From assembly GCA_963804165.1 (NCBI GenBank), contig CAWDPO010000046.1, forward strand, positions 1 through 64,000: a DNA stretch of 64,000 nt. The letters are read 5' to 3'. The notes below the pieces were generated by a model. It made no database searches. It had not been told where the DNA came from and worked only from the letters and a program-made list of their open reading frames with translations. This DNA comes from an uncultured delta proteobacterium. GTDB taxonomy: Bacteria; Desulfobacterota; Binatia; UBA9968. This document shows, one piece after another, positions 52,112-62,284 of the stretch (position 1 is the stretch's first letter; the number at the start of each line of letters is the position of its first letter). The position numbers were made by a program, and so were the translations under genes.

Positions 52112-55100
52112 GTGAAAAAGTTGTCGTTGTCGCTCGTCGTCGCCACCCTAATTTTGGGTGTCCTCATCTACTTCGCATTTAGAGATAACGAACTCGAGGC
52201 CAACTACTTCCGCTGGCTTTTCGCCAATAATATCAAATATGGATTCTCTTCGCCGCTAAAATACCTGTCCGAGGAATTGCCATCCGGCACTCTTTTTTAC
52301 GGTAGTCTGACGATCTTTGCCGTGGTCATGTTTATTGTTTTCTTGAAGATGACGCGCGACGGCGAAATCCAGGCGCTTAAAACCCGGCTGTTGGACTTGA
52401 TCACCGAAAAGCGTGAAACGGAAAGCGCGCTCCAAGAGGTCGTTTGGAAAGGCAAGCACGAACGGCAAGCCAAAGACTCGGTGATGCGGGATCTCGAGGG
52501 CAGCATCGAGAAAATCGAAGCGCTGCTCGGCGAACTCAGCGAAAAGGAACGGCAACTCAAAGCGCGCGATGTTGAATTGGTGACTATAAAGTCCAATGCG
52601 CTCGCCGAAACTGACTCCGGGCTCGCCAGAACGCCTGCCGATCGTCTGCTTCGCGAAGAGCTCAAAAAGAAAAACGAGATCCTCCAGGCGAAGGATGCCG
52701 CGATCAAAGAACTTGAACAACGGTTAAACGCGAAGACTCGCCTGTGGGAGAGTCAGTTGCGCGAAAAAGACGGCCTATTGAAAGGCCGCGACGGCGAGCT
52801 GGATGGTCTCCGGGTGGAAATCTCTGATCTCAACGGGCGGCTTCATGATTCGGAAAGCGCCAAAAAGCGCGCCGACGAGCTGCTTCACGACGAGTTGAGA
52901 AAGACGAAGGAAGTTCTGGAAGCCAACGATCTGTCGATGCGATCGGAGGAGAAACGTTTAGCCGATAAAATTCGGGCTCTGGAGAGCCAGCTGAGCGAGA
53001 AGGACAAACTCTCAAGAACCCGTGATACGGAGCTCAACGCCTTCCGGCGCCAGCTGGGCGAACTCGAATCCGCCAAGGAGCAAATGGAGGGCCGGCTCCA
53101 CGAGGAACTTGAAAAATCACAGCAGGATCGCCACGCGAAGGACCATCTCATCAAAGATTTAGAGCAACGGCTGAGCGCGAACATTCATGCGGTGCGGACG
53201 GAAGTCGGCGAAAAGGATCTGCTGTTGCAGGTACGCGACGGTGAAATCAGATCGCTCAAGTCAGAGGCCCGGGCGATTTCATTAAGACTCAGCGAGATGG
53301 CCGCTGCAAAAGTTAGAGCGGAAGAAGCACTGCAAGAAGAGCTCAAGAAGGAGAAAGAGCAACGGCAAGCGGAGAGCGCCGCTCATCGAGAGTTCGAGGA
53401 GCGCCGCGGCAAGGAAACGAGTCTCCTGACCACGCAGCTGGGCGAGCGGGAGGAATTCGTTAGGCGCCGTGACGCGGAGATACAGTCGCTCAAAGAGGAA
53501 CTTCATGCCGTTTCGCAGCGCTTAGGCGAGGCTGGCGCGGCGAAGGAGCAAACCGAGAGCTTGCTGCGCGAAGAGCTAAAAAAAGAAAAAGCGCAACGGG
53601 AGTCGCGAGAGACCGCCAGCCGCGAGCTGGAACAGCGCTATGGCTTGGAGGTTCAGACACTGAAAAGCCAGCTGGGCGAGAAAGATGAATTTCTCAATAG
53701 CCGTAACGAAGAAATCAAATCGCTAAAAACCCAGGTTGCGTCGCTTGCCGAGCAACTCTCGAAAGTCGGCTCGGCAAAGGAGCGTGCTGCAAGTCTCCTC
53801 CAGCAAAAGCTTCGGGCGGAGAAGGAAGGCCTCCAGGCAAGTGATTCCGCGGCCCGGGAGCTCGAACAAAACTTTAAGGCCAAAATCGACGCGCTCGAGG
53901 AGCAACTGGCGAAGAAGCAGGATCTCGTTGGCAGCCGAGACAAGGACGTAGCGGCGCTCAAGTCCGAACTGACATCGCTCCACGATAGAATGAACGAGCT
54001 GGCGGCGTCCAAAGAGCGTGCGGAGCGCCTTTTCGACGAGGCCGTCAAAGAGAAAACTGAGCTCACAGCATCGAAAGACGCCGGCGCCAAGAAACTTGCT
54101 GAGGATATGAGTGGCCGGATTCGCCAGATGGAAAACCGGATTCGAGAGCAGGCGGAACTACTCCACAGCCGTGAGTCGGAGCTGAGCGCGTTCAAACATC
54201 AGTTCGCGGATCTCGCGAGCTCGAAAGAGCACGCGGCGCGCGCGCTGCATGAAGATCTCAAACGGAAGGCGGAGCTGCTCGACGAGAAAGAAGCCGCCAT
54301 CAATGCTCTCGAGGAGCGCTTTAGTATACGGATCCATACGCTTGAAAGTGATCTCGGCGAGAAACAAGAGCTGCTTGAGACCCGCGATCAGGAACTCAAG
54401 GAACTGATGGCGAAGGTTAACGCACTGTCCGGCGATGTGGCGGAGATCCGAACGTCCAAGGACTCCGCAGTGCGTACGCTTCAGGACGATTTGAAGCAAA
54501 AGACCGAATTACTGGACGCCAAAGAGTCTGCTCTCAGCGCCTTGGAAGGACGCTTGAACCGTCAAAGCCCGGTCGCTGGAAAATCAGTTGCAGCAAAAGC
54601 AAGAGCTTTTGGCCGCGCGTGACACTGAGCTTGACGCGCTGATGGTGAAGGTCAGCGAGCTCAGCCAAAAGCTCAGTGAAACGGGCGCGGAGCGGGAACG
54701 GTCGGATCGTCTACTCCAGGAAGAGCTCCGTGAAAAGACCATGCTGCTGCAATCCAGAGAGGCTTCGATCGGAGAGTTGGAAGAACATTTGAAAGGCAGG
54801 GTGGAATCCCTCGAACGCCAGGTTGTTGAGAAGCATAGACTGCTGGAGTCTAGCGGCGTTGAGCTCGGCGAACTGCGCGGGCAATTCAATACCGTCACCG
54901 AGCGCCTCAACGAGGCTGAGGCTGCGAAGGTAGCTTTAGATGGCTTGCTGCAGCAAGAACGCAGCAAGAACGACAAAGCGCTCACCCTCGTCGAGGCCCC
55001 CGAGAAAGACGCCGATGAGGGACTCAACGGCGTGGCGAATGGTCTGGAAACTTTGTTGAGCGAAAGAGAGCAGCTGCTGCAAGCGCGCGATAAATTGATC

Positions 55101-55235
55101 GAAAATCTAATGACGGAGCTTAAGGAAAAGAAAACTCAACTTGCCAGGCAGGAAATCGATGTCTGGCAAAAAATCGAACGCCGTGAGGCATGGAAGCATC
55201 GGCTTTCGAAAATCGGCATTCGAATGAAGGACTAA
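52112..55235 (+). CDS. Large membrane-anchored coiled-coil repeat protein (~1040 aa; frameshift near 54565)
   Basis: Two N-terminal hydrophobic segments, then ten 78/71-aa E/K/L-rich repeats. ORFs 52079..54622 and 54588..55235 continue the same repeat. Confidence 0.82.
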
Positions 55236-55355
55236 GGTTTCGTCACCCGGGCTATTTTTTGCCGCCGCAACGAAAATTTTTAATATCCGCTCGGTAACTT
55301 CGATCTCTGTCTATTTATAGTCTCCCAACGCGACGCTGAGCGGGGAAGCTCCCGG

Positions 55356-56363
55356 TTATTTTTTCTTGCCATAGAGGCTGTCGATGTAGCCGCTCTTGTC
55401 GAATTCTTCGACGAAACGAGGATCGATGAAGTCTTGCGGTTTTGCCGTTTTTGCCTTGGGATTAGTTGACGCGAGCTGATCGATGATCATCTTCAGCCCT
55501 TCCACCGTCGGATATTGTTTCATCGGCAGCTTGTTTTCGTCGATCGAGCTTTCGTAAGTCTTCTTCAACAGCTCCGGATCTTCCAAACGCAGATACTTTG
55601 CCGCGATCTTCATTCCCGTGGCGCGGTCTGTCTTCAAGCGATGGACCGCCTCGATGTACGATTTTACGAAGTTCCGAACGGTGGCCGGATTTTCCCGTAG
55701 AAACTTCCTTGTCGTTACGCCGCCTTGGTGCTGATACGCCAAACCCAGCGCGGCGACATCGGCGAGGAGATGAAAACCCTTTCTTTGCGCGATAAAGGTC
55801 GCCGGTGGCACCAGCGTGCTCCCCGTGACACGGCGTGCTTCCATGGCGGCCAAGCGTTCTGGTGTGCTGCCCGTTTGTACGATGGTGACGTCTTTACCCG
55901 GATTCAGTCCGAGTCTTGCTAGCGCGTAGCGCGCGACAAAGTCGGCCGCGCCGCCGAAGCGGGCGACCGCGATCGTGCCGCCTTTTAACTGCTCCGGGGT
56001 TTTTATTTCAGGTTGGGTCATCAGCCAGTAGTCCAAGCTCACGATGCCGCCGACGACATAGACTGGATCGGAGCCGGCCAGTCCGGCGCTGACGATGCCC
56101 GGCCCAGACGCTTGAATCAGCGGCGTATCGCCGGAGACCATTGCGGTTACCGACATCGTCCCACCGGTAAAATAGATCGGTTGCGCGTCGAGATTGTTCT
56201 TCGCAAAGATGCCGGTGTCTTTGGCGACCCAAATGACCAGTTGATCGGCGCTGATGCCGCTGTAACCGATGGCGACTTTGGTCATCTGCGCCGCTGCCGG
56301 AGTGCACCAGCCAAAGAGCAGAAGAGCGAGCAAAGTTAATTTTGATTCAGATTTGAAATTCAT
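55356..56363 (-). CDS. ABC-type solute-binding protein (NMT1/THI5/SsuA-like)
   Basis: Signal peptide; WVAKDTGIFAKNNLD; QLKGGTIAVARFGG; DPRFVEEFDKSGY. Confidence 0.88.
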   Translation of the reverse strand: MNFKSESKLTLLALLLFGWCTPAAAQMTKVAIGYSGISADQLVIWVAKDTGIFAKNNLDAQPIYFTGGTMSVTAMVSGDTPLIQASGPGIVSAGLAGSDPVYVVGGIVSLDYWLMTQPEIKTPEQLKGGTIAVARFGGAADFVARYALARLGLNPGKDVTIVQTGSTPERLAAMEARRVTGSTLVPPATFIAQRKGFHLLADVAALGLAYQHQGGVTTRKFLRENPATVRNFVKSYIEAVHRLKTDRATGMKIAAKYLRLEDPELLKKTYESSIDENKLPMKQYPTVEGLKMIIDQLASTNPKAKTAKPQDFIDPRFVEEFDKSGYIDSLYGKKK

Positions 56364-56527
56364 GTTTATTCGTCCTTTGTTGCTTCGCCCAAGTATATGG
56401 GGCAGCGAAAAAGTTCAAACATCCAGCGCGGCAAAGCCGCAACTGAAAGAGTCGGAATATCTCCAAAAGCCTACCCAAGCAAAATCAAAGAATCGCAAGT
56501 CTGCCAGGAAAAAAATCCTTCGCGATG

Positions 56528-56678
56528 TGTCATGCTGACGAAGTGAAACATCCGTTTGGCTCTTTTCTCCTTCGGTCACGAAAGCAGATTCTTCGTCGCC
56601 ATGCTCCTCAGAATGACATGCTAAAATAAAGCGGACGGCTGAGCCTTCTTAGCCCGGATGGAGCGTAATGAAATCCGG
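56528..56678. repeat. REP-like palindromic elements (TGTCATGCTGA...TCAGAATGACA and a degenerate GTAG-type REP)
   Basis: 56528..56618 is bounded by inverted TGTCAT(G/T)CTGA; 56650..56678 reads tagcccggatggagcgtaatgaaatccgg. Confidence 0.6.
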
Positions 56679-56774
56679 CGCCCTTTTCTAGGAAGATTCG
56701 CTCAAGGCGCGAAAACTCGCGGCTATAGATTTTCGAAGATCATGAAGACGTCGGATCCCGGCGGCGATTGATTG

Positions 56775-57389
56775 TTATTTCAGGAGGTAGCTCGCCGGCA
56801 TCGGCACCCGCAGAATATTGATTCCTTCGGTCTCTTCGACGTAGCGAATGAAGTGATACTTGTTTTCGAGCTCGTCGTATTGCAGCGGCGGTGATTCGGC
56901 GCGGCCGGCTTCGATGCGCGCCCAGATGAAGTGGGGGCCGTCGTGCGTGAGAGAATGGCTTACGGCTTGTTTGAGCTCTTCCACGGTCGTCGCGCTGTGG
57001 GAGCTCTTGATTCCGGCGTTGCGCGCTACGCCGGCGAAGTCGATCTTGCCCGCGGTCGCAACCGTGGGCTCGCCGCCGGACGACTCATACTGTTGGTTAT
57101 CCCAACAGATGTGGATCAAATTTTTCGGCTGATGCAGACCGATCGTCGCGAGCGAGCCGAGATTCATCCACAGCGCGCCGTCGCCGTCGAAGACAAAAAC
57201 CTTGCGCTTCGGCAGCGCGATCGCGACACCGAGACCAATCGATGAGCATAGGCCCAAGGTCTTGACCTGGATGTTGCCGTCGCTTGGATGCACACCGTTC
57301 CACTCTGCAGTGGCGCCCCCGGCGGTGGTCACGAATAATTCGTCTTTGATCAACGGCGCGATCGCCTGCAGGCATTCGAAGCGTTTCAT
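56775..57389 (-). CDS. comE: Sulfopyruvate/phosphonopyruvate decarboxylase beta subunit-like (TPP-binding)
   Basis: MKRFECLQAI; LGLCSSIGLGVAIA; DGDGALWMNLGSLATIG; DNQQYESSGGEPT. Confidence 0.75.
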   Translation of the reverse strand: MKRFECLQAIAPLIKDELFVTTAGGATAEWNGVHPSDGNIQVKTLGLCSSIGLGVAIALPKRKVFVFDGDGALWMNLGSLATIGLHQPKNLIHICWDNQQYESSGGEPTVATAGKIDFAGVARNAGIKSSHSATTVEELKQAVSHSLTHDGPHFIWARIEAGRAESPPLQYDELENKYHFIRYVEETEGINILRVPMPASYLLK

Positions 57390-57398
57390 CTCTTATCC

Positions 57399-57893
57399 TT
57401 ACAAAACGGCTCGGCTGAGCAACAACGCCACTGGTCGTTTCGAGCTGTTCGCCAAGGTTACCGCTCCGGCAATATCTTGTTTCACTTTGGCCGGATCACG
57501 CATGACAATATACTTGATTCCCAGTCCTTGGAGCACCGGCTCGGTGACCAGTCCCACCATATGAAATGCGTTGTCGCCGATATCCCCGGCGTAGTAAATG
57601 AGCAGCAAGATCGGCATGCCGAATTGCAGCGCCGTGGTGGTGAGGCCGTTGCAGCTGTTCAACAGTCCGCCGTTTTGCATCAACAGCGCCGGTTTTTTTC
57701 CGCCCAGGTGAGCGCCGGCACAAACGCCGACCCCTTCTTCTTCACGCCCCACCGGCACGTGGGTGATCTGTTTGTCTTCGTAAAGTAAATTGATCAGCTG
57801 CAGCATGTTGATATCCGGAACGCTCGAAACCAAATCGATCCCGGCTTCCTTCAGCCCGGCAAGAATCTGCTGTGCTCCGGCGACGGTCCCCAT
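57399..57893 (-). CDS. comD: Sulfopyruvate/phosphonopyruvate decarboxylase alpha subunit-like
   Basis: LKEAGIDLVSSVPD; REEEGVGVCAGAHLGGKKPALLMQNGGL. Confidence 0.78.
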   Translation of the reverse strand: MGTVAGAQQILAGLKEAGIDLVSSVPDINMLQLINLLYEDKQITHVPVGREEEGVGVCAGAHLGGKKPALLMQNGGLLNSCNGLTTTALQFGMPILLLIYYAGDIGDNAFHMVGLVTEPVLQGLGIKYIVMRDPAKVKQDIAGAVTLANSSKRPVALLLSRAVL

Positions 57894-57925
57894 AGTCCAT
57901 ACCTCTAAATCTTGCGCGCTGCTCC

Positions 57926-57954
57926 CTTCTAAAAATTATCGGCGATTCTGTCAA
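57926..57954 (-). promoter_or_regulatory. sigma70-like promoter for comDE
   Basis: Minus strand TTGACA-N17-TAGAAG. A second TTGACA at about 57972 faces tctC. Confidence 0.5.
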
Positions 57955-58031
57955 GCAGAGGACGGATTTGTTTGACACCCCGTGGGAGATTCTGTTAGCA
58001 GAGAGTGCGATTCAACATCGGAGGTGAAGTC

Positions 58032-59024
58032 GTGAAATTTTTTCCAGCGATTCGAAAATTGCGTCGTGATCTAAGCCTACTTGCAGCTTCTCTTCTCCTC
58101 ATTATGTGCAGCAGCATGCCAGCGCCGGCGCAGGATTACCCGACAAAAACCATCCAGATCATCAATCCTTTTCCTCCGGGAGCGGTCACCGATATTGTTG
58201 CACGCATCCTGGCGCCGAAAATGTCCACGCTGCTCGGACAGCAAGTCGTCATCGTCAACAAGGCGGGCGGCGGCGGTGCCGTCGGCATTCAGGCCGCGCG
58301 CGACTCCGCGCCGGACGGATACACGATTCTCGTTACGCCGCCGCCGATCGTGCTGATTCCGATCGTCAACAAGAATTCCGGCTTCGCTTTGAAAGATTTC
58401 GTGCCGCTCACGCTCGCAACCAGTAGCCCGAACACGACGGTGGTGAAAGGCGACGCTCCGTGGAAGTCACTTGAGGATGTACTTGCCGAAGCGAAGAAAA
58501 ATCCCGGGCAGCTCACCTATGGCTCCGCCGGACCGGGCACGACGCCGCATTTCATCGGCGAGCTGGTCAAGTTGAAGACCAAGATCGATATGACCCACGT
58601 GCCGCTGGGCTCCGAATCCGCCGCCGCGACCGCGGTTTTGGGCGGCCATGTGAATATCGCGTTTCTCACTTTGGGCACGACACGCAGCCACATCGAAGCC
58701 GGCACCATGCGCGCGCTGGCGGTGGCCTCCAATCGCCGGCTCAAGGATTTTCCAAACGTGCCGACGACGGTGGAAAAAGGATTCTCGGAGCTCAATCTCA
58801 AAATTTGGGTCGGATTTTTTGCGCCGGCAAAGACGCCGCCGACAATCGTAAAACGGTTAGCGGGAGCGATCGGGGAAGCCCTGAAGGATCCGGAAGTTGG
58901 CGCACTGATCGAGAAGGCGCAGGCACTCGTGGAGAATCTCGGACCGCAGGAAGCCGCGAAGTTTCTCGCCGAGGAAGAGCGCAAGTGGTCCGAAGTCGCC
59001 AGGGTCGCAAAGATCACAAATTGA
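58032..59024 (+). CDS. tctC: Tripartite tricarboxylate transporter substrate-binding protein (TctC/Bug)
   Basis: YPTKTIQIINPFPPGAVTDIVAR; NKAGGGGAVG; PDGYTI; YGSAGPGTTPH; FPNVPT. Confidence 0.93.
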   Translation: MKFFPAIRKLRRDLSLLAASLLLIMCSSMPAPAQDYPTKTIQIINPFPPGAVTDIVARILAPKMSTLLGQQVVIVNKAGGGGAVGIQAARDSAPDGYTILVTPPPIVLIPIVNKNSGFALKDFVPLTLATSSPNTTVVKGDAPWKSLEDVLAEAKKNPGQLTYGSAGPGTTPHFIGELVKLKTKIDMTHVPLGSESAAATAVLGGHVNIAFLTLGTTRSHIEAGTMRALAVASNRRLKDFPNVPTTVEKGFSELNLKIWVGFFAPAKTPPTIVKRLAGAIGEALKDPEVGALIEKAQALVENLGPQEAAKFLAEEERKWSEVARVAKITN

Positions 59025-59203
59025 ACCACCCTCGGCTCCAAGCCGAGAGGTTCTGAATTTGCCGACTGGAAGTCGATTCTTGATTCGTCATTCCGGCGGA
59101 TGCCGGAATCCATGCGGTTTTTGAATTTGAACCAGAAGGAAATCTGGATGCCGGCGTTCGCCGGCATGACGAGCTCTCACTTCGCCTGTAAGGCGAGGGT
59201 TTG
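59024..59203. repeat. Nested palindromic repeat element between tctC and tctB
   Basis: Inner REP pair CGTCATTCCGGCGGATGCCGGAATCCA (59086..59112) / TGGATGCCGGCGTTCGCCGGCATGACG (59145..59171). Outer hairpins CTCGGCTccaAGCCGAG and CTTCGCCTgtaAGGCGAGG. Confidence 0.75.
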
Positions 59204-59260
59204 CAACCATCCCCGAAAGGACAGTAGAGGAACGCAGGCGTTCATCTTTCAGCTCTCACA

Positions 59261-59713
59261 ATGCGGTCCGATATAGCCGTTGCCGCGATTTTGCTGGCGT
59301 TAGCCGGCTACATTTTCCTAACAGCGAGCGCACTGCCGTTCGGCACGGCGCGCGTGCCGCAGACGGCATTTTTCCCGATGGCGCTGGCGGTCTTGCTGGC
59401 GATTCTATCTTTGGTCTTGCTGGCGCAGGCGCTCGCGGGAACAAAGGCGCCGTTCGATGCCGATAAGATCGGTTCGGCCGGCTGGTTTAGGATCGTCGCG
59501 ACGCTGGCGACGTTGGTCGGCTTTGCGCTTGTCCTCGAACGCCTTGGATTTTTGTTAGCGACCTTTCTCCTGATGATTTGTCTCTTGCGCGCGATCGAAG
59601 CGCAAAGTTGGGGCAAAGTCATTGCCGTGGCGCTTGCGACTTCGCTGATCACCTATGGGCTCTTTGCCTGGCTGCTCGGTGTTCCGCTTCCCGCTGGAGT
59701 GTTAGGAATCTAG
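59261..59713 (+). CDS. tctB: Tripartite tricarboxylate transporter TctB
   Basis: 4 TM segments; FFP; LERLGFLLAT; LGVPLPAG; lies between tctC and tctA. Confidence 0.88.
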   Translation: MRSDIAVAAILLALAGYIFLTASALPFGTARVPQTAFFPMALAVLLAILSLVLLAQALAGTKAPFDADKIGSAGWFRIVATLATLVGFALVLERLGFLLATFLLMICLLRAIEAQSWGKVIAVALATSLITYGLFAWLLGVPLPAGVLGI

Positions 59714-59714
59714 C

Positions 59715-61235
59715 GTGGATATCCTCGCCAACGTCGGCTTGGGTTTCACTGTAGCGCTTACGCCAACAAATCTCCTGTTCTGTTTCCTCGGCGCGCTGGT
59801 GGGCACGCTCGTCGGCGTGCTGCCGGGATTGGGCCCCGTCGGCGCGGTGGCGTTTTTGTTATCGCTCACATTCAAGATGGAACCGGCGAGCGCGATCATC
59901 ATGCTCGCGGGAATTTACTACGGCGCCATGTACGGTGGCTCGACGACTTCCATTCTCGTCAATATTCCCGGCGAAACCGCGTCGGTCGTTACTTGTCTCG
60001 ACGGCTATCGCATGGCGCGGCAAGGCAGGGCCGGCGCCGCGCTCGGCATGGCCGCGTTCGGTTCGTTCATCGCCGGCACGTTCGGCGTAATCGGTCTGAT
60101 GTTTTTGGCGCCGCTGCTCGGCCGAGCAGCGCTGAGCTTTGGACCGCCGGAGTTTTTTGCCCTTACTCTTACCGGTTTGACGCTTGTCGCTTATTTGACT
60201 CAAGGCTCGATGATCAAAGCATTGCTCATGGCCGTGCTCGGGTTGTTGGCCGGCACGGTGGGAATGGATCCGATCTCCGGCCAGGAGCGCTTCACCTATG
60301 GAACATTGACGTTGCGCGATGGCTTCGGTCTCGTGCCCGTAGCCATGGGGCTTTTCGGCGTCGCCGAGGTGCTCGACAATCTGGCCCATATCGGCTCGCA
60401 ATCGGTCTACGAAACCAAAATCAAAGGGCTGCTGCCCAACTTACAAGATTGGAAGGACAGCGCGCGACCGATCGCGCGCGGCTCCCTGCTGGGGTTTTTC
60501 CTTGGCATCTTGCCGGGGCCAGGGCCCGTGATCGCGTCGTTTGTTTCCTACGCGATGGAAAAACGCCTGTCGCGTTATCCGGAAAAATTCGGCACCGGTG
60601 TCATCGAAGGCGTGGCGGGACCGGAGGCCGCCAATAATGCCGCGACCGCCGGCTCGTTCATCCCGCTGCTGTCGCTCGGCATTCCCACGAGCGCGATCAT
60701 GGCCCTGTTCATGGGCGCGCTGATGATCCACGGCATCCAGCCGGGGCCGCTGTTCATCGCCCGCTACCCCGAGCTTTTCTGGGGTTTCATCGCCAGCATG
60801 TACGTCGGCAATGCGATGTTGCTCGTGCTGAATCTGCCGTTGATCGGCATGTGGGTGCGCGTGTTGAAAACGCCGTACGGCATTCTTTGCCCTTTGATTC
60901 TGCTTTTCTGCCTCATCGGTGTCTACAGTCTCAACGCCAACGTGGTCGAAATCACGATCATGCTCGCTTTCGGCATCGGTGGATTCCTAATGCGCCGCGC
61001 CGGTTTCGAGGGCGCGCCGTTCATCCTTGCGTTGGTCCTAGGCCCTATCATGGAAACCTCGCTGCGCCAGTCCTTGCTGATCTCGCGCGGCAATTTCGCT
61101 ATATTCATCAACCGGCCCATATGCGCCGTGTTGATCGTCCTGACAGCGGCATTCTTAATTTGGCCGCTGATTCGGCGAAGAAAAAGCGGCGTTGAAGCCA
61201 GAGCTAAGGGGAACGCATCTCGAGTTTTATTTTAG
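59715..61235 (+). CDS. tctA: Tripartite tricarboxylate transporter permease TctA
   Basis: [11 protein letters not shown]; [19 protein letters not shown]; DGYRMARQG; GPEAANNA; LSLGIP; GIQPGP. Confidence 0.95.
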   Translation: MDILANVGLGFTVALTPTNLLFCFLGALVGTLVGVLPGLGPVGAVAFLLSLTFKMEPASAIIMLAGIYYGAMYGGSTTSILVNIPGETASVVTCLDGYRMARQGRAGAALGMAAFGSFIAGTFGVIGLMFLAPLLGRAALSFGPPEFFALTLTGLTLVAYLTQGSMIKALLMAVLGLLAGTVGMDPISGQERFTYGTLTLRDGFGLVPVAMGLFGVAEVLDNLAHIGSQSVYETKIKGLLPNLQDWKDSARPIARGSLLGFFLGILPGPGPVIASFVSYAMEKRLSRYPEKFGTGVIEGVAGPEAANNAATAGSFIPLLSLGIPTSAIMALFMGALMIHGIQPGPLFIARYPELFWGFIASMYVGNAMLLVLNLPLIGMWVRVLKTPYGILCPLILLFCLIGVYSLNANVVEITIMLAFGIGGFLMRRAGFEGAPFILALVLGPIMETSLRQSLLISRGNFAIFINRPICAVLIVLTAAFLIWPLIRRRKSGVEARAKGNASRVLF

Positions 61236-61275
61236 CAGAGTCACTTCCTCCCTCTCTAAGGACAGCCGTGATTGC

Positions 61276-62284
61276 TTATTTGCCTTTCTTTAGTTCTTCG
61301 TGCAGCGCGCGCATTATCGTGAAGTCATAAACCTGCTCGGGAGCCACTTCGCGCTCGATCCTCAGCGATCGGCGCTGAAAGGCGATCATCTTTTCCTGGA
61401 GGTTACGGGGGATCGTTCCGTCGGTGGACATGATTCTTAGCGCTGATTTATAGACCTCGCCGGCTTCGCTCTCGCTGATCTTCATCGCCGCGGCAAATTT
61501 CGGCACGACTTCTTTTTCATTTGATTTAAGCCAGAGAAAGCCCTTGAGCGTGCCGCGGAGCAAACGCTGCACCAGTTCCGGCTGTTGCGCTAGCGTCTTT
61601 TCCGCCACAACGACGCCCGCGGTGACAAATTCCAGATCGTCGCCGTAAAAGAGTAGCTCGTTAAAACCGTTCTTTTTGGCGATCAGCCGATCCATTTGAT
61701 TTAATACCGTGGCATCGATGGTGCCGGATAAAAGCGCCGCCAGCCGACTCGGCGTCGGCTCAATGGCTCGCAGCACAACGTCGCGTTGCGGGTCAATGCC
61801 GTGCTTTGGCAGCACCTCGCGGGTCATTTGATCCAAGGCAGCACCGAAGCTCGACACCGCGATCTGCTTCCCGCCTTTGAGATCCTGCAGCGTCTTGATG
61901 TTTTTGGCGGCGTAGAGCCAATTGAGCGAGCGCGTGTCGAAAACCATCACGATCTTGAGCGGTAAACCGCGCAGCACCGCGCCGGCGCCCTGACCGAGGA
62001 TCTGACTAAAGTGAAAGCTTCCGCCTACCAGGCCCTGAATGCCTGGCAGCATGCCGCTTGAACGAGCAAAACATCCAAGCCTTCTTCGCGGTAAAAGCCT
62101 TTCTCTTTGGCAAGGCGATAGAGCAATGTGTTGGGACTGTGCCGGCGGAGATATGCACGTTGACCTGATCCAAAGCGGATGCCTCGCGCGCAAAAACCAA
62201 ATGGATCACGGCGAGCGCTACAACCGACATTCCCAAGCGCACAAACAATTGCTGCTTCATTCGCTCCTGAATCATTTGCATCAC
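61276..62284 (-). CDS. ABC-type solute-binding protein (NMT1/SsuA-like), frameshifted near the 5' end
   Basis: Signal peptide in 62006..62284; LAKEKGFYREEGLDVLLV in a second frame; core DLKGGKQIAVSSFG...VYDFT in 61276..62193. Confidence 0.82.

Noticed and set aside
52112-55235. SMC/chromosome segregation ATPase annotation for the long coiled coil
   Set aside because: No Walker A/B or hinge domain; it has N-terminal TM segments and regular internal repeats instead.
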